A stretch of DNA of 45,448 nucleotides from a virus (lineage: Duplodnaviria; Caudoviricetes), in IMG/VR virus record IMGVR_UViG_3300032320_000175, positions 1-45,448 of that record. The stretch is one strand, 5' to 3'. The notes beneath the pieces were generated by a model that saw only the letters and a list, made by a program, of their open reading frames with translations, did no database searches and was not told the origin of the DNA. Position 1 is the first letter of the stretch; each line of letters starts with the position of its first letter. Positions 17,859-24,675 of this stretch are shown piece by piece. A program made the translations under genes and the position numbers.

Positions 17859-18290
17859 TTATCCTTTTAAACTTTTGTAGCCATCTAGTGTCACTGTCCA
17901 TACGACAGCGTCTTTGCGTTGGTTGGTTTTCCTGCGGTCGCCAGTGTCAGCAACAAAGCCACGATCCATCAAGGTGACCCTGCATGGGCGGTATGAGTTG
18001 CCTTGCATGCCCATGATGTTTTGGGCTTCCTCATCTGTAAGACCACTAGGGTATTTGGTCAGGTTGACCAGCACATCACGGGTCATGGTTCCAAACTTAG
18101 GCGCTATGCTAAGTGCGGCAGATGTGCTTGTGTCACTATGGGATTGGTGAGGGGGAAGGGTTCCCTTCTTGCCCTGCATGTCAGTTTGTATCAAGGCTAT
18201 GCAAACATTGATGCTGTCTTGCACCCACATGTCATTGCACCTGATAGACTTGAGTTCAGCTAACACGCGAGACATTGTTTTCTTACTCAT
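17859..18290 (-). CDS. Putative winged-helix DNA-binding protein
   Basis: GLTDEE...SYRPCRVTL.DRGFV.DTG.RRKT...AVVW pattern; SD AGGAG. Confidence 0.65.
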   Translation of the reverse strand: MSKKTMSRVLAELKSIRCNDMWVQDSINVCIALIQTDMQGKKGTLPPHQSHSDTSTSAALSIAPKFGTMTRDVLVNLTKYPSGLTDEEAQNIMGMQGNSYRPCRVTLMDRGFVADTGDRRKTNQRKDAVVWTVTLDGYKSLKG

Positions 18291-18301
18291 GTTGGCTCCT
18301 T

Positions 18302-18523
18302 TTAGTTAAGAATTAAACGGCCTGTCAAGCCCATAGACTTCAAAACGGTAATTGCGTTTTGGATCGCTTCTTTGCGTGAATGCCCAAAAAACACTGGCGG
18401 TACATTTGTGTTAGGCAAAGCGCAGTCAAATTCAACTACCCAAGCTGGTGGCACGGTAGCGCGAATGCGTGGGTTGTATTGCTCTTCTTGAAAGTAGCAG
18501 TCTGCTTTAAAAAGTTGTGTCAT
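18302..18523 (-). CDS. Hypothetical early protein
   Basis: Start reassigned to ATG 18523 (MTQLFK), behind the SD of promoter cassette 3. Confidence 0.75.
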   Translation of the reverse strand: MTQLFKADCYFQEEQYNPRIRATVPPAWVVEFDCALPNTNVPPVFFGHSRKEAIQNAITVLKSMGLTGRLILN

Positions 18524-18527
18524 TTGA

Positions 18528-18614
18528 TTTCCTTTTAAGACCCCTTGCAAAACGCTAGGGCATGTCGTGATTGTATAGCTATCTAAACACTATTTGCTAG
18601 GTGTTTTCCCTAAT
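18528..18614 (-). promoter_or_regulatory. Early promoter cassette copy 3 (leftward promoter of the divergent region)
   Basis: Third copy of the cassette, back-to-back with the cro promoter. Confidence 0.8.
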
Positions 18615-18630
18615 TAAATAAAATAAATAT

Positions 18631-18652
18631 GTTTAGCTATCTGTACTAGAAT
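18631..18652 (+). promoter_or_regulatory. Rightward promoter with fourth operator copy; probably leaderless cro mRNA
   Basis: GTTTAG-ctat-CTGTAC abutting -10 TAGAAT; ATG 5 nt downstream, no SD. Confidence 0.65.
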
Positions 18653-18657
18653 GCGGC

Positions 18658-18807
18658 ATGACTAAAGAAAAAGCAATCATGTTGGCAGGCTCACTAAGTG
18701 AGCTTGCACGCATCTTGTCCATCACTCGAGGGGCTGTCTGCCAATGGAAGCAGATACCCGAGGGTAGGGTGTGGCAGTTAAGGGTGTTGCGTCCTGATTG
18801 GTTTTAG
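18658..18807 (+). CDS. cro: Cro-like HTH regulator, not in ORF track
   Basis: 49 aa MTKEKAIMLAGSLSELARILSITRGAVCQWKQIPEGRVWQLRVLRPDWF; LA..L.IT..AV.QW..IP Cro signature. Confidence 0.88.
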   Translation: MTKEKAIMLAGSLSELARILSITRGAVCQWKQIPEGRVWQLRVLRPDWF

Positions 18808-18815
18808 AATAATAT

Positions 18816-18897
18816 GGAACCCAGCTAGGTCGGGAGTTGCTACCCGACCGAAAAGAGTTAACCCTTCTCCTGCTGGCAATTCCTTCAAAGGGTGGTT
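18816..18897 (+). ncRNA. Candidate structured leader RNA upstream of replication initiator
   Basis: CCAGC/GCTGG outer stem enclosing a GGTCGGG/CCCGACC hairpin and a second weak hairpin; TAGAAT immediately upstream. Confidence 0.5.
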
Positions 18898-18914
18898 TAA
18901 AAAGCGGAAAATTT

Positions 18915-19673
18915 ATGCACTATTACCAGTTCAGCATAGGCGACTATCGAGCCGCCACTGCGCATTTGTCTAACGAAGAAGACTTGGCTTACCGCCGACT
19001 CTTGGACATGTACTACGACACCGAAGCTAAAATCCCAACGGATACCCAGTGGGTTGCCAGACGAATCCGCATGGATGCCGTGGTGGTTTTATCTGTGTTG
19101 AATGACATGTTTGAACAGCATGAGGATGGATGGTTTCATGCTCGTTGCCATGAAGTCATTGACCAATATCACGCGATGGCTGAGAAAAACAGAGCCAATG
19201 GTCGCCTTGGTGGAAGGAAAAAGAACCCAGTGGGTAACCCAGTGGTAACCGACTCGGAACCCATCGCTAAGGCAACTATAAACCAAGAACTATTAACTAA
19301 TAAACCAATAGATAAGAACAAGCGCGGCTCACGCCTCGCTCAAGATTTTTGTTTGACAAAGGAATGGATCGAGTTTTGTGTCAGCCAAAGACCAGACCTT
19401 CATCCTGCACAAACCTTTGATCAGTTCAAAGATTACTGGACTGCCCAAGCTGGTCAGAAGGGTGTGAAGCTCGACTGGGATGCAACATGGCGTAACTGGG
19501 TTAGAAGCACCCACGCACCCAAGCGTAACCCTGCTGACATTGTCAGGTTCACAGTTCCGTCTAAGAATGAGCCTGACCCAGCGCTGGAGAAAATTAAGGC
19601 TGATGAAAAAACAACTAGGCCACCAAACCTTGCTGAGCTTGAAAGAATGGCTCAATTAAGGAAAAAGGCATGA
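18915..19673 (+). CDS. Replication initiator, DUF1376/YdaU-like
   Basis: MHYYQFSIGDY...T.HLS.EE..AYRRLLDMYY N-terminus; C-terminal F.DYW...K.DW.ATWRNW; follows cro. Confidence 0.85.
   Translation: MHYYQFSIGDYRAATAHLSNEEDLAYRRLLDMYYDTEAKIPTDTQWVARRIRMDAVVVLSVLNDMFEQHEDGWFHARCHEVIDQYHAMAEKNRANGRLGGRKKNPVGNPVVTDSEPIAKATINQELLTNKPIDKNKRGSRLAQDFCLTKEWIEFCVSQRPDLHPAQTFDQFKDYWTAQAGQKGVKLDWDATWRNWVRSTHAPKRNPADIVRFTVPSKNEPDPALEKIKADEKTTRPPNLAELERMAQLRKKA
19224..19314 (+). repeat. Putative replication origin: iteron-like repeats plus AT-rich tract inside the initiator gene
   Basis: AACCCAGTGGGT, AACCCAGTGGT, AACCGACTCGG, AACCCATCGCT in tandem, then an A/T-rich stretch; extra ACCCAGTGGGT at 19044. Confidence 0.6.
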
Positions 19674-19870
19674 CCCACCATGAAGCAACAGCAATCCTTG
19701 ATCGAGCCAGAGAAGGTCAACAATTTAGCTCGTTTGTCATCCTCAGAGCGCTTGAGCTTACGGGAGACTATGAGGGAGATGGAAGCCAAAGAATGGATCA
19801 AGCGGTTCCAGTCAAAGCATCAGACACAGGGGCTAGGCAACGCCAAAGTCTGGTGGGAGGAAACCCTTGA
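19670..19870 (+). CDS. Hypothetical protein
   Basis: ATGA-coupled to initiator; ALELTGD motif. Confidence 0.6.
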   Translation: MTHHEATAILDRAREGQQFSSFVILRALELTGDYEGDGSQRMDQAVPVKASDTGARQRQSLVGGNP

Positions 19871-19961
19871 TGACATCGCAAAGAAGCGTGGCAAGCCTGC
19901 TGTTGAAGACTTACGCCAAAGAATGAACAGGATAAAGAATGAGGTACGCCGCCCGTGTTGA
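19770..19961 (+). CDS. Hypothetical protein (start uncertain)
   Basis: MREMEAKEWIKRF...WW...DIAKKRG...DLRQRMN; GGAG upstream; overlaps previous ORF. Confidence 0.55.
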   Translation: MREMEAKEWIKRFQSKHQTQGLGNAKVWWEETLDDIAKKRGKPAVEDLRQRMNRIKNEVRRPC

Positions 19962-20217
19962 CGCAAACCAAGACCAAATTGTCAGTGCTCTTCGTGCCGC
20001 TGGCGCAGTGGTGTGGATTATTGGCTTACCCGTGGATTTGCTTGTGGGATTTAAAAACCATACTTTCCTTGTAGAGATCAAAACCACATCTAAAAAGAAA
20101 TTAACAAAGCTACAAGCTGACTTTTTTGAGAATTGGGCTGGAGGTACGCTTTGCCGCATTGACAGCCCAGAAGCCGCATTACGCATGATTGGAGTTTTAA
20201 AATGTTTAGAGAAGTAA
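19939..20217 (+). CDS. VRR-NUC / PD-(D/E)xK nuclease (resolvase-like)
   Basis: RVDANQ..IV.ALR..GA, PVDLLVG, LVEIKT, LT..Q..F motifs. Confidence 0.8.
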   Translation: MRYAARVDANQDQIVSALRAAGAVVWIIGLPVDLLVGFKNHTFLVEIKTTSKKKLTKLQADFFENWAGGTLCRIDSPEAALRMIGVLKCLEK

Positions 20218-20309
20218 CAGAAGCTGTACTAGCCTTTTTGACAATTGCCGCATTGATGGTGGTCGCCACCATGACGATCATTTGGTTTGAAATGGGAGGT
20301 TATCTATGA
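20202..20309 (+). CDS. Small membrane peptide, not in ORF track
   Basis: 35 aa MFREVTEAVLAFLTIAALMVVATMTIIWFEMGGYL; SD GGAG; fills gap. Confidence 0.5.
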   Translation: MFREVTEAVLAFLTIAALMVVATMTIIWFEMGGYL

Positions 20310-20506
20310 CAGACAAGCTCAAAGTGATATTTGCTGAGGGTTGTTTTGACGACTTTGATGGCACTCAAGAGGAGTTAGCTGAGTTCATCGCTGACATACA
20401 GAACATGGCAAACAACGGAACCCTTATGCATGGTGCTGTAGAACTTAAGGAAGACGAGTCAGAGGCGCTACACAATTTACTTAAGTCAAGGGAGATCAGG
20501 CAATGA
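20306..20506 (+). CDS. Acidic hypothetical protein
   Basis: FAEGCFDDFDGTQEEL; strong SD GGAGGT. Confidence 0.75.
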   Translation: MTDKLKVIFAEGCFDDFDGTQEELAEFIADIQNMANNGTLMHGAVELKEDESEALHNLLKSREIRQ

Positions 20507-20709
20507 GTGAACTTAACATTTGGGAAAAAGCCATGGGCTGGCGCAAAAGACAAATGGTTCATGCGCAGGTCGACAACGAGATTACGCGCAAGATTCGCAA
20601 CGAAGCTATTGAAGAAGTCGCAAAAGAAATAGAAAAAATGACTGTGTTTGGTAAAGATACATTAGACAGTTTTACTATAGTTATTAGAAATTTGAAAACA
20701 AAAGAATGA
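20503..20709 (+). CDS. Hypothetical protein
   Basis: RNEAIEEVAKEIEK motif; ATGA-coupled. Confidence 0.7.
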   Translation: MSELNIWEKAMGWRKRQMVHAQVDNEITRKIRNEAIEEVAKEIEKMTVFGKDTLDSFTIVIRNLKTKE

Positions 20710-20843
20710 ACGAGAAGCAACCACTGCACAAGCTCAGACTGTGCGCAAAGTGTGAAGAGAAGCGCCCACCAGAAGGCGGTGTAGAAATGTCCCCACGCAG
20801 GTGGATATGTCAGTCATGTTGGCATAAAAGAGATCGCAAATGA
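20706..20843 (+). CDS. Small Zn-finger protein, not in ORF track
   Basis: 45 aa with CAKC...WICQSCW; ATGA-coupled at both ends. Confidence 0.7.
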   Translation: MNEKQPLHKLRLCAKCEEKRPPEGGVEMSPRRWICQSCWHKRDRK

Positions 20844-21169
20844 ATCCAGAAGACAAAGCAGAATCAATCAGGCAGAAGTCACCCCTATACGGTGCGGCCT
20901 ACGGTCAAAGGGTGTACCTCGAAGAGTTTCGTAAGTCCTTGAAGGCTTTGCTCATGAAAGACGCACTCGCCATGGGGATCGAGGCGGCAAACGCTCAGGA
21001 GAGAGAAGCCTACGCTGACCCACAGTACAAGGAACTCCTGAAGGGATTGGCTGTTGCGACCGAGAACGAGATCACTCTCAAATGGCAGATCGAGGCTGAC
21101 CGTTTGGACATAGAAATATGGCGAACCAGACAGGCAAACGAGCGCATGCAAGTGAAAGCCCACGAATGA
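20840..21169 (+). CDS. Conserved helical phage protein (possibly recombination-mediator-like)
   Basis: QEREAYADP.Y...IEIWRT.QAN.R; coupled ORF; function weakly inferred. Confidence 0.7.
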   Translation: MNPEDKAESIRQKSPLYGAAYGQRVYLEEFRKSLKALLMKDALAMGIEAANAQEREAYADPQYKELLKGLAVATENEITLKWQIEADRLDIEIWRTRQANERMQVKAHE

Positions 21170-21345
21170 AATGCCCTGTATGCAACACATGGACAATCGT
21201 CAAAGACACTAGAACCCTCAAAAACAACACCAAACGCAGGCGAATCGAGTGCGCAAATATGCACAGGTTTTCCACACTGGAGACAATCATTGTTTCAAAA
21301 GCACAAGTACATAAGAAGCAAAAAGCTCCTCCAGCTAGTAAGTGA
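21166..21345 (+). CDS. NrdR-N / Ogr-like zinc-ribbon protein
   Basis: MKCPVC...VKDTR...RRRIEC.N.HRFST.E; start reassigned to ATG 21166. Confidence 0.75.
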   Translation: MKCPVCNTWTIVKDTRTLKNNTKRRRIECANMHRFSTLETIIVSKAQVHKKQKAPPASK

Positions 21346-21607
21346 ACTTGACTGCCAAATGTGCGGAAGAGGGGGTGGTTGCCAAGCCGCTCACACAAAC
21401 TGGGGTGGGCATAAAGGAAGAGGCGTAAAGGCTGACGACAACCTCGTTGCGGCGCTGTGTCAAATGTGCCACCACGAAATTGATCAGGGTGCTAAACTAT
21501 CAAGACAGGAACGCCAAGAAATGTGGCAATCCGCACACGATAAGACTGTCTCATCGCTTGTGGACTCGGGTAGATGGCCTCCAGATGTACCCATACCAAA
21601 AGGATAA
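21290..21607 (+). CDS. Zn-binding HNH-like nin-region protein (DUF968/DUF1364-like)
   Basis: CQMCG...QAAH...G.G.KADD..VAALCQMCHHEID. Confidence 0.75.
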   Translation: MFQKHKYIRSKKLLQLVSELDCQMCGRGGGCQAAHTNWGGHKGRGVKADDNLVAALCQMCHHEIDQGAKLSRQERQEMWQSAHDKTVSSLVDSGRWPPDVPIPKG

Positions 21608-21611
21608 CTTT

Positions 21612-22076
21612 ATGACTACCGAATTAGAAAAACCGAAACAAGAAAAGAAACTCAAGAGGGGTGGGGCTAGAGAAGGCGCAGGAAGACCCCAATTCGTGCC
21701 TACAGTCGCTGAACGACAGCTAGTGGCTACCCTATCAGGGAGAGGTCTTCCGCAAGACCAGATAGCGATCCTAGTGCGGACTGGGATACACATCGACACG
21801 CTTAGAACGCACTTCCAAAAAGAACTACTTGGTGGGAAGGCAAACGCTAACTCCAAGATTGGTGGGGCGTTATTCGACAAGGCGTTAGATGGAGACACGA
21901 CTGCAATGATCTGGTGGACAAAGAGCCAGATGCGCTGGGCTGAGACTCAGAAAGTTGAGCACTCAGGGATTGATGGTGCTCCGATCACAATTGCGGCTGT
22001 CAACCTTAAAGGGCTGAACGACCAAGAACTCGAGCAGATGCAACAACTCCTACAGAAGACGGTGGTAGAAGAATGA
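21612..22076 (+). CDS. terS: Terminase small subunit
   Basis: RGGAREGAGRP, HTH, TLR.HF..EL..GKA.AN, GDTTAMIWWTK, EHSG.DG.PI; start reassigned to ATG 21612. Confidence 0.8.
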   Translation: MTTELEKPKQEKKLKRGGAREGAGRPQFVPTVAERQLVATLSGRGLPQDQIAILVRTGIHIDTLRTHFQKELLGGKANANSKIGGALFDKALDGDTTAMIWWTKSQMRWAETQKVEHSGIDGAPITIAAVNLKGLNDQELEQMQQLLQKTVVEE

Positions 22077-22402
22077 GTCCAGAACAATTACCCTCACTGC
22101 CAAACCCTGCCATTTATGGTGGGGCTGACTTGCAGTACACATCAGACCAGATGTACAGCTACGCCATGCAATGCATCAAGGATGCCATGGCTAAGGTAGC
22201 GCCTCTCATGCAGGATGCTCTGGAGAGCAGTGCTGAGAAGGGTGCAAAGATGGAGCGGAGTGCTTGCGCTGTGCTGTGCGCAGAACTAGCCACGCAATGG
22301 CAGGCTATGGGCAAGATGGAGGGGGTCAACCAAGAGAGGGTCAGAAGCTCGATGGAGGTAGCACAGTTACTGGAGTCCGCGATCAGGAACAGGGGCGAGT
22401 GA
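22073..22402 (+). CDS. Hypothetical protein inserted between terS and terL
   Basis: 109 aa with ER.ACA..C...AIR.RG motif. Confidence 0.65.
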   Translation: MSPEQLPSLPNPAIYGGADLQYTSDQMYSYAMQCIKDAMAKVAPLMQDALESSAEKGAKMERSACAVLCAELATQWQAMGKMEGVNQERVRSSMEVAQLLESAIRNRGE

Positions 22403-22403
22403 G

Positions 22404-23981
22404 GTGAACGCTCCAATTGCGCCAGCGGTGATGCTGGAGATGATCACGAAGGAGAAGCTCAGGCGCAAGGCTTCGGCAAGTTTGTATGAGTTTGTGAAGC
22501 AGAGTTGGCATGTGGTGGAACCCGGCATCCCTTTTGTCCCAAGCTGGCACATCGAACAAATCTGCGAACACCTCGAAGCCGTCACCGCTGGCGAGATCAC
22601 ACGCCTTTTGATCAACATTCCCCCTCGGCACTCCAAGTCGACCATCGTGTCGGTGATGTGGCCCATGTGGGAGTGGCTTACCACGCCACAGCAGAAGTTC
22701 CTTTGCGCCAGCTACTCAGGCAACCTGTCAATCAGGGACAACTTAAAGGCTCGTCGCCTGATCCAGTCCCCTTGGTATCAGGACAGGTGGGGACACATGT
22801 TCGAGCTTGCGGGTGACCAGAACGCCAAGCAACGATTTGAGAACGACAAGACTGGTTATCGCTTAGCTACCTCTGTTGGTGGCACAGCTACTGGTGAGGG
22901 TGGCTCACGCCTGATCCTTGACGACCCCCATGGTGCTCAGGACGCGCAGTCTGATGCCATGCGAGAGTCAGCCCTCGAGTGGTTTGACATGGTCTGGTCT
23001 ACGCGACTAAACAACCCTAAGTCAGATGCCATGGTCACCATCATGCAACGCCTGCACGAAAGGGACATTTCTGGTCACATCATCGAAGACATCAAGGGAT
23101 GGGAGCACATCTGTATCCCTGCTGAGTGGGATGGGATCAAGCGCAAGACCATTTTAGGCAACTATGACCCACGCACGAAGATGGGCGAGTTGATCTGCCC
23201 TGAGCGCTTTGGCGAGGAAGAGGTAACCAAGCTTAAGCAGTTGCTTGGCGTGTACGGAACCAGTGGACAACTACAGCAAAACCCTAGCCCTATCGAGGGT
23301 GGTATCCTGAAGACCAAGAACTTCCAGTTGTGGCCTGCTGACTCTGGCCTTCCACAGTTCGAGTACATCCTGCAAAGCTATGACACCGCATTCACTGAGA
23401 AGACCACAGGCGACCCCACAGCGTGCACGGTCTACGCTGTGTTTACCCAGAAGGGTGTACGCAATGTGATGCTGGTCGACGCATGGGATGAGCACTTGAG
23501 CTACCCTGATTTGCGGGCACGAGTCATCAAAGACTGGGGGACTGAGTACGGCGATGGGGGCAAGACCAAGGACAACCCTTACGCTAGGTCTAGAAAGCCT
23601 GACAGGATCATTGTTGAGGCTAAGGCAAGTGGGCAGTCATTATTGCAAGATTTGCGCTTGGCTAAAGTACCAGCCATTGGCTATAATCCGTCAAACGCTG
23701 ACAAGGTATCCCGTGCGCACCAAGCCGCTCCGACATTAGAGCTTGGTATTTTGTGGATTCCAGAGTCGCGCAAGAATCGTGGTCACCCTGTAAGTTGGGC
23801 ACAAGCATTCATGAAACAGCTTGAGAAGTTCCCTGTCGCTGAGCATGACGACTATGTCGACACATTCACGCAGGCAATTATCTACCTCAAGAATGATGGA
23901 TGGTTTGAGCTACCGCAGGCTAAGGATCATGATGAGCCGAAACTGAAACAACGAGAGCGCGTAAACCCTTACGCCGTTTGA
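22404..23981 (+). CDS. terL: Terminase large subunit
   Basis: LLINIPPRHSKS Walker A, LILDDPH Walker B, IMQRLH, QSYDTA nuclease and HDDYVD motifs. Confidence 0.95.
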   Translation: MNAPIAPAVMLEMITKEKLRRKASASLYEFVKQSWHVVEPGIPFVPSWHIEQICEHLEAVTAGEITRLLINIPPRHSKSTIVSVMWPMWEWLTTPQQKFLCASYSGNLSIRDNLKARRLIQSPWYQDRWGHMFELAGDQNAKQRFENDKTGYRLATSVGGTATGEGGSRLILDDPHGAQDAQSDAMRESALEWFDMVWSTRLNNPKSDAMVTIMQRLHERDISGHIIEDIKGWEHICIPAEWDGIKRKTILGNYDPRTKMGELICPERFGEEEVTKLKQLLGVYGTSGQLQQNPSPIEGGILKTKNFQLWPADSGLPQFEYILQSYDTAFTEKTTGDPTACTVYAVFTQKGVRNVMLVDAWDEHLSYPDLRARVIKDWGTEYGDGGKTKDNPYARSRKPDRIIVEAKASGQSLLQDLRLAKVPAIGYNPSNADKVSRAHQAAPTLELGILWIPESRKNRGHPVSWAQAFMKQLEKFPVAEHDDYVDTFTQAIIYLKNDGWFELPQAKDHDEPKLKQRERVNPYAV

Positions 23982-23991
23982 TGGAGCGCAC

Positions 23992-24255
23992 ATGGAGTTA
24001 TTTGCTTGGAACGCAGTCACGACAGTCCTCTTAGCCCTGTTAGGCTGGGCAGTAAAGTCTAAGGACGCAGAGCTTGCGGCTACTAAGGAAGAGCTGGCGC
24101 GGGTGACCATCCTCATCAATCGCACGAGGGAAGAGGTCGCCAAAGAGTATGTGACCAAGTCAGACCTGCACTTAGACATCAATCGAGTTTTAGACAGGCT
24201 TGACCGACTAGACAACAAGTTGGATACTTTCATAAAGGAGCACCGCAATGGCTAG
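23992..24255 (+). CDS. Small membrane-anchored coiled-coil protein
   Basis: N-terminal TM, TREEVAKEYVTK, RLDRLDNKLD. Confidence 0.7.
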   Translation: MELFAWNAVTTVLLALLGWAVKSKDAELAATKEELARVTILINRTREEVAKEYVTKSDLHLDINRVLDRLDRLDNKLDTFIKEHRNG

Positions 24256-24412
24256 TAAAAAACCTATCTGGGACAAAGCACGACCTAAATCACTAGGTGA
24301 GAGCAAGTCCATGTCTCCTGCCAAAGTTGCATCAGCTAAGAGAATGGCTGAGAGCGCAGGCAGACCTTACCCTAACATGGTGGATAACATCAGGGCGGCT
24401 AAGAAGAAATGA
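24248..24412 (+). CDS. Small basic protein, not in ORF track
   Basis: 54 aa MASKKPIWDKARPK...AGRPYPNMVDNIRAAKKK; SD AAGGAG. Confidence 0.75.
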   Translation: MASKKPIWDKARPKSLGESKSMSPAKVASAKRMAESAGRPYPNMVDNIRAAKKK

Positions 24413-24672
24413 AAAAGTCTGAGATGGACTGCAACAGTCCCAAGCGTACACCTGACCACCCAAAGAAGTCACACATTGTGAAGGCTTGCTTTGATGGCAA
24501 AGAGAAGGTAATCCGCTTTGGGGAGCAGGGCGCAAAGACAGCAGGTAAGCCAAAGGCAGGCGAGTCTAGTGCAACGACTGCAAAGCGTGATAGCTTTAAG
24601 GCTAGGCACGCAAAGAACATCGCCAAGGGCAAGGAGTCTGCGGCGTACTGGGCTGACAAAGTTAAGTGGTGA
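24409..24672 (+). CDS. Small basic conserved phage protein
   Basis: KVIRFG.QG...SFKARH...SAAYWADKVKW. Confidence 0.75.
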   Translation: MKKSEMDCNSPKRTPDHPKKSHIVKACFDGKEKVIRFGEQGAKTAGKPKAGESSATTAKRDSFKARHAKNIAKGKESAAYWADKVKW

Positions 24673-24675
24673 TGT

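Noticed and set aside
15865-18614. Repeats considered as a CRISPR array or attachment sites
   Set aside because: Only three degenerate copies, 0.7-1.9 kb apart, each tied to a promoter and RBS; no cas or integrase gene
18816-18883. Possible tRNA
   Set aside because: No T-loop TTCGA, D-loop or acceptor stem with CCA; not a cloverleaf
18837-18914. TTG-start N-terminal extension of the replication initiator
   Set aside because: Family-typical start is MHYYQF at 18915; the upstream part looks like a structured leader
21447-21611. Long N-terminal extension of terS in the ORF track
   Set aside because: Overlaps the HNH-like gene; ATG 21612 has an AAGGA SD
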